DNA of 64,000 bases from Octopus sinensis (lineage: Eukaryota), in the NCBI RefSeq assembly GCF_006345805.1, contig NC_043011.1, forward strand, positions 67,406,464 through 67,470,463, read 5' to 3'. Shown here in pieces: positions 13,386 to 27,464 of this stretch. The number at the start of each line of letters is the position of its first letter. Positions within the stretch are counted from its first letter, which is position 1. Made by a program: the position numbers and the translations under genes. Below the pieces are notes generated by a model. It had not been told where the DNA came from, did no database searches, and saw only the letters and a program-made list of their open reading frames with translations.

Positions 13386-13451
<66 letters not shown>

Positions 13452-13479
13452 TTCATACGTATATATGAAAGCGCATGGC

Positions 13480-13765
13480 CTATTAGGTTAACGGGCTCGC
13501 GATCACTAAGTTGAGAGTTCAACCCTACGTGGCATGTTTTTTCCCTTGAGCAAAATTTCACAATGCTGCAGGTGAAGGTGAGTAGTACTTCGAATTCAAA
13601 GTGCCAGCCTTGTTGCAATCTGTGTCATGCTGAATCTCCCTGAGAACTATGTTAAGAGTACTGGATTACTGAGCGACTTGGTCGTTAATATTACACTTGC
13701 AGGCTGTTCCGTCCATTGATCAAATCAACAGGAACACTTGTAGTCGTAAACAAAAGAGTGTCACA
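13480..13765 (+). mobile_element. Degenerate tRNA-derived SINE (family S2)
   Basis: Body GAATCTCCCTGAGAACTATGTTAAG...GCTGTTCCG similar to 34988-35330 and 59688-60000. Confidence 0.65.
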
Positions 13766-13784
13766 TATATGAGCGATTATATAT

Positions 13785-14330
13785 GATGCTCCTACTGAAC
13801 ATCAGAGGACTGCAAACACTCAGTAACAGGACAAAAATCCCGTTCTTGAGAGACTTTGTTGCATGCAATCAAGCCTTATGTATAGCACTTACAGAAACGC
13901 ACCTGAAACCGGACATAGCAGATGCGGAATTACACATACCACAGTATGTTGTACTACGGACCGACAGAAAAGAAAGGAGTCATGGAGGAGTTGCTATGTA
14001 CATCCGTGAGGACCTCACACCCCAGGTCCTTTTGTCATACTCAAACTCGGTGTGTGACACACTAATTGCACATATAAGGCAACTTGATGTAGTTGTGTGT
14101 GCTACATATCGCCCTCCAGATGCCCCAAGCCATGTAGGCAAGTTTGAAGACTGCCTTATAAAAATAGAAGTTCTAATCACATTAGAACAACACATAAGTG
14201 TACTTCTTATGGGAGACTTCAATCTACCAAATGTCAGATGGTCCGAGGGCCTTTCTCTCCCAGGAATGACAAGATGAGAACGAGGACAGGCGAGGTCCCC
14301 CCTGAACCTCATCAACACCCTGTACATGGA
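13785..14330 (+). mobile_element. LINE family A endonuclease fragment, inverted relative to 8937-11560
   Basis: Starts at the ORF2 ATG (MLLLNIRGL, IALTETHL, HGGVAMY, MGDFNLP); last 132 bp equal the reverse complement of 11427-11558. Confidence 0.95.
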
Positions 14331-14641
14331 ACAGATATTTTCACGAGGCATTTCAGACCCTGCCAAGGTAATATCTGACCTAAAATTTTCAAATCGTCGC
14401 ACTCGCGCCAAATTTATCGGCAGCAAATAAATATAAGCCGTCGATTCCATTACGGAATTAACCAGAAAATTCATAATTAATCAATTGATTAATTATGAAT
14501 TTTCTGGTTAATTCCGTAATGGAATCGACGGCTTATATTTATTTGCTGCCGATAAATTTGGCGCGAGTGCGACGATTTGAAAATTTTAGGTCAGATATTA
14601 CCTTGGCAGGGTCTGAAATGCCTCGTGAAAATATCTGTTCC
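14328..14641. repeat. Perfect 314-bp palindrome, no spacer
   Basis: 157-bp arms, centre 14484/14485 (ATAATTAATCAA|TTGATTAATTAT). Confidence 0.95.
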
Positions 14642-14650
14642 GACTTGGCT

Positions 14651-14757
14651 ATTTCTTGCTGAAGAATCTGAGGGCCTATGGAAGATTGGCTTGATTTAAT
14701 TTAATCAGGTTAGTTTACCATTAAACAGCAGATGAAACGGTGCATCGTACAAGAAAT
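14651..14757 (+). ncRNA. Type I hammerhead ribozyme with large loop 2
   Basis: Stem I ATTTCTTG/CAAGAAAT; CTGAAGA 14659-65; stem II ATCTG/CAGAT with 58-nt loop; GAAA 14734-37; stem III ACG-gtgcat-CGT; GUA cleavage after 14749. Confidence 0.8.
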
Positions 14758-14984
14758 TACAGGGTAAATGTTTTTTTAAATTTTCTCCTGTTTACGGAAT
14801 TGATCTTTATTTGCGGTTGAAGCTTTGGCTGTTATTTCTAGTGGGTGAATGGCCTATTATGGCCGTTCCTTGATTGTTGATGTTGAACTTAAAAATGGTC
14901 TATGACTATTTAATTTTTTCCCACTAGGCCGCTGGTGGCAAAAAGAATTCTACAATTTTTTTTTTTTTTGCCACCCTATATTGA

Positions 14985-15060
<76 letters not shown>

Positions 15061-15423
15061 GTAAATGTACATTTATATGTATCTATTTATATATACGTAT
15101 ACATATAGACGTAATGTATGCACATAAGATTTATGCATTCATATATACATATTCTTTTATATAATATATAGTCGTGATTTATTTTATTTTGGAAGATTAA
15201 AGTGTAGATACATATATGTGTGTGTTTGTATGTATGTATTCATGTATTTATATATGTATGTATGTATATGTATATACATGTATATATATGTAGGTACATG
15301 TATATATATATACATATATGCATATATATATATATACATATACATATATATATAAACACACAGACACACCACACACTCGCACACATACATATATAATATA
15401 TATATACATATATATATATATAT

Positions 15424-15464
<41 letters not shown>

Positions 15465-15644
15465 ATAATAAATATTAGGGAATAAATCCAATTTACAGGG
15501 AAAAAAAATCAGATTTAGGATTAAATCCAATTTTATAGTAAAATATTATAAAATATTATTAGAGACAAAACCACTATCTTGCAAAACAAACAAGGAAAGA
15601 CTTAATCAATACATAAAAATTTTAATAAATAGTCAAAAAAACCG

Positions 15645-15687
15645 CCACTACAATCGTTTCTTGTCTTGATCGACAATCTTCAGGTGG
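15645..15687 (-). ncRNA. Minimal type I hammerhead ribozyme, mirror copy
   Basis: Exact reverse complement of 15748-15790 in the left arm. Confidence 0.75.
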
Positions 15688-15747
15688 ACTTCCAATAAGT
15701 CAGTTTCAAATTATGAAGTAATAATTTGAAACTGACTTATTGGAAGT

Positions 15748-15790
15748 CCACCTGAAGATTGTCGATCAAGACAAGAAACGATTGTAGTGG
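15748..15790 (+). ncRNA. Minimal type I hammerhead ribozyme
   Basis: Stem I CCAC/GTGG; CTGAAGA 15752-58; stem II TTGTC/GACAA; GAAA 15775-78; stem III AC-gatt-GT; GUA cleavage after 15786. Confidence 0.75.
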
Positions 15791-15877
15791 CGGTTTTTTT
15801 TACTATTTATTAAAATTTTATGTATTGATTAAGTCTTTCCTTGTTTGTTTTGCAAGATAGTGGTTTTGTCTCTAATA

Positions 15878-15921
<44 letters not shown>

Positions 15922-16584
15922 CATACATATATGCATATATGTACATATACATATATACAACAACACACAGACACAACACACACATACACACACATACACA
16001 CATATATATATATATATATATATATCAAAGGTCTCGTCGAGATTCATTTTTATCGATCTTATCCTTGCATTGATTCCTCTTCTTATTTCCCCAAAACACG
16101 ATTCTATTAAACCGATTCATGCCCATTCATTTCCGATATTAACTCTTATAAAACAAACTGTCAAAAAAAAAATTTAATTGTAATTTTAATTTTATGGTTC
16201 TTGCCTAAGCTTTGGTCGATGGTTATTGAACATAGTAAAGATTAAAGGCTATCGAGCCGTACCCAACATGGTTTTTGTCTTGTTTGTTTGTTCCTTTTGT
16301 GTTTTTGTTTTGTTTTTTAATTCTCAACTTTGTATTATTTATCGAAGATTGGAATGAAAATGCTTCTTCTCTGATAGACATTTCCATCTCTTACGATAAA
16401 TGTACTGTCCGGAGTATGAAGAACTGATACAAGTACCTTCTCGTTGAAAACCCCAAAATCCTAATTCCGAGTGTGAAAGTAAAAATACCACCCATGAAAT
16501 ATGGAGCACTATTGGTACTCCGTCGGTTACGGAGTTTCTAGTTGATCCGATCAACGGAACAACCAACTCGTGAAATTAATGCGT

Positions 16585-16745
16585 AGGAGTGGTTGTGTGG
16601 TAAGTAACTTGCTTACCAACCACATGGTTCCGGGTCCAGTCCCACTGCGTGGCACCTTCGGCTAGTGTCTTCTACTATAGCCTCGGGCCGACCAAAGCCA
16701 TGTCAGCGGATTTGGTAGACGGAAACTGAAAGAAGCTCGTCGTAT
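16585..16745 (+). mobile_element. tRNA-derived SINE head (family S1)
   Basis: AGGAGTGGTTGTGTGGTAAGTAACTTGC...GACGGAAACTGAAAGAAG; preceded by a minus-strand S2 tail piece at about 16515-16583. Confidence 0.8.
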
Positions 16746-17156
16746 ATATGTGTATATATATATGTTTTTTTTTTTATTTTAAGTGTCAAATTTAGCCCCA
16801 GCACCCTGAGCACCCTGAGCAACCTCCTTTCCACGCAACACATATCTTATAAAATAATCTTCCGTTGGCACAGCACTTACTGAGTTCATTAATCTTCCAA
16901 TTAAAAGACGCATTTCGAAAAACATAGAACAAATGCTCCTTTAAGACGAATGTGTGTTCATAATACATTTGTTTCGATATAGTAATGAATCGGTTGTGTT
17001 AAGAACATATATTCATCGTAAAAGAGTCGTTGTCCTCCTGTGACGAACTGAGTAGCGATTAGAAAATGTTCGTCCGAATCAGCCAGAATGATTTAAGAAT
17101 AAATAATATGCAAGCGATCGTTGTGAATTTCGCTGTTCACCGTGCATACGTCGATT

Positions 17157-17265
<109 letters not shown>

Positions 17266-17477
17266 TTATTATTATTATTATGTTTTTTCCTTCTTCAAAT
17301 TTTCTTACATTTCTCGCCGAGTGTTTTCCATACACCTAGGGCAGAGAAGGGCATTGTATGCATTCCCAGATTACACGCGCAAATTCACAGATAAAATATG
17401 TATTTAAAAATTAATAAATAAATAAATTCATTAGAATAATAATAATAGCGAGAGGCCTGTCCGGGAGATGAACCCAG

Positions 17478-18026
17478 GTGCGGATGCTCCTACCAGCACC
17501 AAAAGCCATGGACATGGAGATGAAAAAAACCAAAAAACGAAGAAAAACTGAAGCTAAAACTCAGACAAAGCCAAGGGGCAAGGCAGCCAGGGACAGAGGC
17601 AAACCTAACTGTCCATATGCCAAAAAGGATGGAAACAAGCAGCGCACACGGGTAGGTAGGTTCTACCTGAAAGGTGCCTGCCGGCATGGAGAGGAAGGTG
17701 CAGGCTGCCGCTTTGCACATCCGGGACCCTGCCACAGAAACCAACCACCGAAAGGAAATGGGATGGACCACGCATCACCGGCCCCAAAACGGAGGTACGC
17801 AGATGTGGTGCGTACCACAAACCACCAACGTGTTGTTGAAAGGGCAGCTGCTGAGCAGGAATCTTTTTTGTGCATGGCACAAAAGATTGTACAGCAGCTA
17901 ACCTGGCTCCATCAGGCTCAGGCTCGCAGATGGAACTGCCCACAGTTCACAAGACCGCCACAGCAGATGGACCCAGGGTGGACACCACCGGCAACAGCAT
18001 ACACCTCACCTCGATGCTCCTACTGA
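17478..18026 (+). pseudogene. LINE A ORF1 C-terminal part with CCCH-type zinc finger
   Basis: Lys/Arg-rich region then (G)RFYLKGACRHGEEGAGCRFAH; first Cys appears replaced by Gly (GGT); stop overlaps ORF2 start by 13 nt. Confidence 0.65.
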
Positions 18027-20974
18027 ACATCAGAGGACTACTAACAAACAGTAACAGGACAAAAGTCCCGTTCCTGAGAGACTTTGTCGCATGCAATCAA
18101 GCCTTATGCATAGCACTCACAGAAACGCATCTGAAACCGGACATAGCAGATGCGGAATTACACATACCACAGTATGTTGTACTACGGACCGACAGGAAAG
18201 AAAGGAGTCATGGAGGAGTTGCTATGTACATCCGTGGGGACCTCACACCCCAGGTCCTTTTGTCATACTCAAATTCGGTGTGTGACACACTAATTGTACA
18301 TATAAGGCAACTTGATGTAGTTGTGTGTGCTACATATCGCCCTCCAGATGCCCCAAGTCATATGGGAAAGTTTGAGGACTGCCTTTTAAAAATAGAAGAA
18401 GTTCTAACCACATTAGAACAACACATAAATGTACTTCTCATGGGAGACTTCAATCTACCGAATGTCAGATGGCCCGAGGGCCTTTCTCTCCCAGGAATGA
18501 CAAGATGTGAACGAGGACAGGCGAGGTCCCTCCTGAACCTCACCAACACCCTGTACATGGAGCAAGTAATACTGCAACCAACCAGAGCAGGTAACACACT
18601 GGATCTCTGCTTCACAAATAATATGGATCTCATCCATAATGTGAAAGTGACACCGACACTACTCTCGGATCACAACATGGTAGAGCTGACCACGTACGGG
18701 CCAAAAGAGAGCACGGACATGCAGCCTACAAGAAACCCTCAGAATCTTTCCAGCTTGAACTTCAATAAGGCAAACTGGAAACAAATTGAGAAAGAGATCC
18801 TCAAACAAAACTGGCCTAAATGTCTCTCCTCGCCGGACATCGACATGATACTTCAACAATTCATGTCTTTAATGCAAGCCATATGCTACAAATGTGTCCC
18901 AGAGAGAAAGGCCACTGTACACAAGAACAAAATCCCCAGAGAGAGGAAAATTTTAATGAAACGGCGTACAAAAATTTCAAATCGCCTAAACAAACAAATA
19001 GAAAGCAGTGAAAAGTCCCGCCTGAAAATAAAACTGTTGGAAATTGAAAATTGTCTGCAACTCTCCCATGAGAAGGAAAGAGCAGACAAAGAAGCCTGAG
19101 CTATAGACAACATAAAAACTAACCCCAGAGCTTTTTACAGGTATGCCAAAGAAACAGCTACGGTGCACTGTAGGATAGGGCCACTCCTTGAAAAGGATGG
19201 CTCACTCACAGGAAAACCAATGAGGGTAAGTGAAATACTGAATGAACAATTCAAGAGTGTTTTCACTCCACCCCTTGGGCATTTCCAAATCAGCAATCCA
19301 ACTGACTTCTTTACCACTGCAGATATAGAATCAGAGGCGGCGACGATAAATTACATCGATATAAAGGAAGACGATGTAATAAAGGCTATAGATGAAATGA
19401 AAATAGACTCAGCTATTGGCCCCGATGGATTCCCGGCAATCCTCCTAAAAGTATGTAAGAGAGTCTTAGCAAGACCACTGCAGTTCCTCTTTCAGAGCTT
19501 CCTTACAGCTGGCAAACTTCCAAGGGGACTGAAGGAAGGTAAAATATGCCCTATTCATAAAGGAGGTAGCAGAGCGGAGGCCAAGAACTACAGACCTATC
19601 TCTCTGACCTCACACATCAGCAAGGTCATGGAACGAATAGTCAGAAGGAAACTAATCACCTTCCTTGAAGAAAATGACTTGCTGCCTGACACCCAACATG
19701 GTTTCCGACCAGGAAGAAGCTGCTTAACTCAGCTCCTGCAGCACTATGACTGGGTGCTGAAACAACTGCTCAACCACTCAAATGTGGAAGTCATATATCT
19801 CGACTTCGCAAAGGCCTTCGATAAAGTCGATCATGGAATGATATGTCACAAACTGCGTGATCTTAGCATAGTTGGAAAACTAGGAGAATGGCTTCACGAC
19901 TTTCTGAAGAATAGAAGTCAGGTGGTAGTAGCCAATGGGGCCACTTCAATTAGCACGCAAATAGTGAGCGGTGTTCCACAGGGCACTGTTTTGGGACCAC
20001 TACTGTTCATAATGGCCCTCTCAGACATGCCCTCAGCCACGCGGAGAGCCACGATCACAAGTTATGCAGATGATACAAAAGTTTCACAGGCAATACAGAA
20101 CCCTGAAGACACTAGGCACCTGCAATATGAGCTGGACGAAATATACAAGTGGGCTGAAAAGAATAGCATGCAGTTCAATGCTGAAAAGTTTCAAGCTTTA
20201 TACTATCAGCATGCAAAACTGAATGCAATACCCAAGGAATACACTGGACCCGGAGGGATTGCAATCCCAGAGGCACAATCAGTGCGTGACCTGGGTATTC
20301 ACATGAGTGATGACGCGACCTTTCATGTACATGTTGCTAAACTGACAATGAAATGCAGACGGCTGGCTGCATGGATTCTTAGAACCTTTAGAACAAGAGA
20401 ACAAGAAACCATGATGGTCCACTGGAAGACACTTGTCCTAAGCCACTTTGACTATTGCTCTCAGCTATGGTCACCATCCAGTGTCAAGTTGATCACAGAA
20501 ATTGAGGCGATCCAACGAAGCTACACGAAGAAGATAGCCTCTATGCAGAATGTAAGCTACTGGGAAAGACTCAAGAGATTAAAATTATATTCCCTGGAGC
20601 GTAGGCGGGAAAGATATGCCATAATATACATCTGGAAGATCCTGGAGGGAAGTGTCCTGAACTTTGGCATCGAGAGTTACGCAAATGCCAGAACTGGGTG
20701 CCACTGCGTGGTGCCTAGGACTCCAAACTTGCCATCAAGATGTAGGACAAGATTCTGTGATAGCCTGGGCTTCCGAGGCCCACAGCTCTTCAATATCCTC
20801 CCGATGAACCTGAGAGACCTGCATGGGGTGGATACAGATGTCTTTAAAATGGAGCTGGATCTCTTCCTGTCAGGTGTCCCAGATGAACTAACTTCACGGC
20901 AGGAGGGGCAGATGAGGGCAGCTGCATCGAACTCTCTCATGCACCAAATAGCAGTTGCTAGAAAGCCTCCATGA
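18014..20974 (+). pseudogene. LINE A ORF2 (AP endonuclease + reverse transcriptase, about 986 codons) with one in-frame stop
   Basis: ORFs 17870-19099 and 19163-20974 share a frame; TGA at 19097-99 is TGG in the sister copy (KEAWAIDN); YADD motif intact. Confidence 0.92.
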
Positions 20975-21253
20975 AGTGAAACCAAGTAGCAACACCAAAT
21001 GGCGGTGCCCCAGCATGGCCACAGCTCATAAGCTGAAACTAGAATCAATGAATCAATGAATCAATGAATGGATGGATGTTATTTTCACAGCGATAATGCT
21101 CTTCTCAGTACATGAGTCGTTCCAGTTAGTACGATTTTTTGCACTTCCTGTTGGGATGGTAAGCCTGGAATCATTTTCAATATTATTATTATTATTATTA
21201 TCATTATTATTATTATTAGTAGTAGTAGTATTATTATTATTATTATTATTATT

Positions 21254-23664
<2,411 letters not shown>

Positions 23665-23680
23665 CATTATTATTATTATT

Positions 23681-24110
23681 CTATGTTTGACTTTTGCTTT
23701 ATGTCTGTACAAGTTGGCTCCAAGTCTCACCCAGAGACCTCAAGAGACAACAGGTTGGAAGTTCACGTTGTTTTTATGCCTAGTGTGCCATATATTTGGG
23801 TTTTTTTTTTTGATGTTGTACTAGTGAATGTGCAATACATAAATTTTATTAAAAAATGATTGTTTTAAACCTTGGGATTACATAGAGAGTATTTTGCGTA
23901 GGATATGAGCAGTTCCCATGAGCACTATCTTTTGAATTTCTGCCATTTTGGGGTTTCCTGGTATCTGAGTTAGGTAGCAATCAGCCCCTTTCGCTATCAT
24001 TCCCAGGGCACCTATGACAACAGGTATTGTTTTAGTCTTCAGGTTCCACATTTTGCTGATTTCTATTTCAAGATCTTTATATTTGCTCAGTTTTTGGTAG
24101 GTCTTGACAG
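23681..24110 (-). mobile_element. R4/Dong-clade LINE 3' fragment, second subfamily
   Basis: Minus strand encodes KLSKYKDLEIEISKMWNLKTKTIPVVIGALG...GTAHILRKIL; flanked by (ATT)n on both sides. Confidence 0.85.
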
Positions 24111-24161
<51 letters not shown>

Positions 24162-24647
24162 TCATCATTTGAGATTTTTTACAAAAGAGTATCTTTATCG
24201 CACACGAGAAAATGTTGTCTGTACTACGAATGACAAACACCAAGATAGTTCAAGAAATTATTGTTCTTGGCCTATGTATCATCGTAGGCCCTGTTGTGAT
24301 GTTAGCCGATTGTTGTTCTGACATTCCACCAATTGTTTTCGCGGGGTTTTTTTGCCACAGCGCTCTAGGCAGCTGCTAGTTCTGCTGACTGCCAGTCTTT
24401 CTGTCCAGGCTAATGTCAGGCGTACGTCGTCTGCCAGTAGGAGCCGACATATCGTAACGGATTTTGCTCAGAAAAAAGCATACCAAAAATAGAATTGTTG
24501 TTAGGTCCGTTTCCATATGAAATCTTGAATGGTCAGATTTCTTTTATGACGTTGGGAATATTCTTGCATATCGCGATCGTATACTTCAGTTATAAATTTT
24601 AGCCATCGGTTATATTGATCCGGGTTCCACTGCTAAATATTGTTTCT

Positions 24648-24803
<156 letters not shown>

Positions 24804-25146
24804 ATAACACCTACGAAAAGGAATTACATTACATTTATTTTGTTCCTTTGATGAGATAAAGAAGGAAAGAAAAATGGGCAACAACTCTAGCCAGGCTGTC
24901 TGAGGTAATGAAGAAATCCAATACGTAAATTCGTAGATCAAAGAATATTTCCAGTTAAATATGATAAACAGCTTAGAATTTAGTAATGGATAAAAGAAAG
25001 GCTGGGCACTACATACTTATCTAGTCGTACACAGACTCAGACATGCTCACATTTCATTAAAGATGTACAACAACTTATTAGCTTACACCTGCCGACACAC
25101 ACATAGACAGACAGATGGATAGATAAATAGATAGAAAGATAGATAT

Positions 25147-25331
<185 letters not shown>

Positions 25332-25797
25332 CAGATATAATCGTCTGTCTAGCATCACTAAGTAAGCATCACTAAGTAATCTCTCATAAATTTATTTCCA
25401 AAAGTATGCTAACATTTTTCCTGCTTACATTGTACAAAACTGGACGTTTGCTTATTGAGTCTGTCATATATTTGATGTGTTAGACGACGGTGGTGTGCAA
25501 CTTGAGCAAGTGTCATCTCCTACAGCCGCAAGTTGACATTAACATCGTGCATAAATTTAGTTAGGAAGAAGCTGAGAGGAAGCCTCTCAGATGGCTTCCT
25601 ATGGCTAGTGTAGGCGTCCGACTAACACAAATGGTAGAGCGTCAAATAAAATGCCATGAAGTAGATGTGGTCGTGAATCTCTATGGTCTGAGTTCGAATA
25701 CAGCCGACATCAAATTTGCATTACATCCTAGCGAGGTCAATCAATGCTTTGTGAGTGATTTGGTAGAGGGTATCAGAAAGAAGCGCATCACATATAT

Positions 25798-26653
25798 TCT
25801 ATGTATATATATATATATAATATATATATAAAACTCAACTTGTATGTCTGTGTGTGTATCTGTGTGTGTGTCTGTGTGTTTAACTTCCTGGCACATCTCC
25901 TCCTAGCAAACAAATCGTAGAACCACCAAATATGAGTCACTTAAAGTTTAGGCGAATGAAAATTGAACTGCGCTATTTCTGTTCCGAAATTCATCTCGCA
26001 AGTGCAAAAATCGATAATGTGTTTGTTTAGGCCTTATCCCATGCATTGAATAGGGAACTTTACTCAGTCAGCTGTTTGATGTGAATTGTATTCACCACGC
26101 GTTCAAGCATGCGTAAATTGCATGAAAAATAAAAAATCAAGATATCAAAACGAATCGCCGTAAACACTGTAGAAATTTGGCAAAGAAATGAATTTTCGGG
26201 ATGTAGCCTGGAGGGTTTTTTAGTATTAATCGTTTGGACTTTGTGAACGCATACCAATTGTTTTCATAACATTTTTAACGCTTTGAATTAAATGTGACCA
26301 TTTTGCGTTGAGTCTGCAGTTTGAATCAATTTAACCAAATTTTAACAGGACGGATTTTTGATCATCACGATACATCGCCAGCGACTCCCTGAAACTCTCC
26401 CCTGAAATCCCCGTTGAGAAATACTGATCTAAAAGAATAATTCAACAATGCAATTATTTGATCAACAAAAATTTATAAAACGCTTCTACGTACTTCCTAT
26501 TGAGGAAATGGAACACATAAGCGCAAAAATAGAGGGCATTAAATGCTTGATTTTAAATCCAAAATAATTGAATTTTGATTGAACTTCATCCAAGTTTAGT
26601 TTAATTTGCGCGTGCATAGAACGCACGAACGCACGAACCGGGCAATACTCCTA

Positions 26654-26654
<1 letters not shown>
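25798..26654 (+). mobile_element. Non-autonomous Helitron-like element
   Basis: 5' TCTATGTATATAT...AAAACTC plus GT-rich tract; 3' hairpin CGTGC-atagaac-GCACG at 26611-26627; CTAG|T at 26651-55. Base before TC is T rather than A. Confidence 0.6.
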
Positions 26655-26692
<38 letters not shown>

Positions 26693-26848
26693 TATATATA
26701 TATATAATTATAAATTAGGGTATCTGAGTGATACCACCATGCTGAAATAGCAGTGAAAACCCTGACTCTAAAGCCACATTAAACGCTCATATAGCACTAG
26801 GAGAGAAGACAGAGACAAAATAAACTAGCAAAAATCTTTTTCTGGATA

Positions 26849-26907
26849 ATTCCAGATCCTGGATTTCTGGCTTTGCATAAGAGTTGCTCTGCCTTCTTCA
26901 GTGGAAT
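26849..26907 (-). ncRNA. Type I hammerhead-like motif, mirror copy
   Basis: Reverse complement reads ATTCCA CTGAAGA AGGC...GCC A GAAA TCCAGGATC TGGAAT. Confidence 0.65.
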
Positions 26908-26930
26908 ATATTCAGATAGCACATAAATAC

Positions 26931-26989
<59 letters not shown>

Positions 26990-27124
26990 ATATATATATA
27001 CAACATACCATATACTTAAATATACGAACGTCTATACATACATATATATGCACGTATGTAAACGACCAGCTTAAATTGCTCGCCTAACACCTCCTCGTGC
27101 AGTATTTATGTGCTGTCTGAGTAT

Positions 27125-27183
27125 ATTCCACTGATGAAGGCAGAGCATTTCTTATGCAGAGCCAGAAATCCGGGATCTGGAAT
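27125..27183 (+). ncRNA. Type I hammerhead-like motif
   Basis: Stem I ATTCCA/TGGAAT; CTGATGA 27131-37; stem II GGC/GCC with flanking A.A; GAAA 27165-68; near-palindromic ATCC-G-GGAT stem III; AUC cleavage after 27177. Confidence 0.65.
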
Positions 27184-27324
27184 TATCCAGTAATTGTTTT
27201 TTGCTAGTTTATTTTGTCTTTTTGTCTTCTCTCCTGGTGGTGTATGAACATTTTAATGTGGATTTAGAGTCAGGTTTTGACTGGTATTTCAGCGTGGTGA
27301 TATCTCTCAGATACCCAAATTGAC

Positions 27325-27464
27325 CCCAGGACTTATTCTTTGTAAGCCTAGTACTTATTCTATCGATCTCTCTTGCCGAACCGTTAAGTGACGGGGGCAT
27401 AAATACACCAGCATCGGTTGTCAAGCACTGTTGGTGGAACAAACGCAGACACACAAACATACAC
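27325..27464 (-). mobile_element. SINE S1 body/tail fragment
   Basis: Reverse complement of TTGACAACCGATGCTGG...AATAAGTCCTGGGGTC seen at 29950-30050. Confidence 0.75.

Larger units (their letters stand above)
15470..15887. mobile_element. Fold-back non-coding PLE-like element (family X); palindrome 15547-15887 with 6-bp spacer
   Basis: About 168-bp arms with 2 differences seen, spacer GAAGTA 15715-15720; flanked by (TA)n on both sides. Confidence 0.85.
17448..21068 (+). mobile_element. CR1-group LINE family A, near full length (5'-truncated in ORF1)
   Basis: ORF1 remnant, overlapping ORF2 (APE + RT), 3' stem-loop tail and (AATCAATG)n. Confidence 0.95.
26705..27325. mobile_element. Diverged inverted pair of a non-coding HHR element (arms about 26705-26930 and 27100-27325)
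   Basis: Arms roughly 85-90% identical by eye, about 170-bp spacer largely (TA)n. Confidence 0.85.

Noticed and set aside
13980-14474. 164-aa minus-strand ORF and similar antisense ORFs in LINEs
   Set aside because: Antisense shadow of LINE coding sequence running into the palindrome arm
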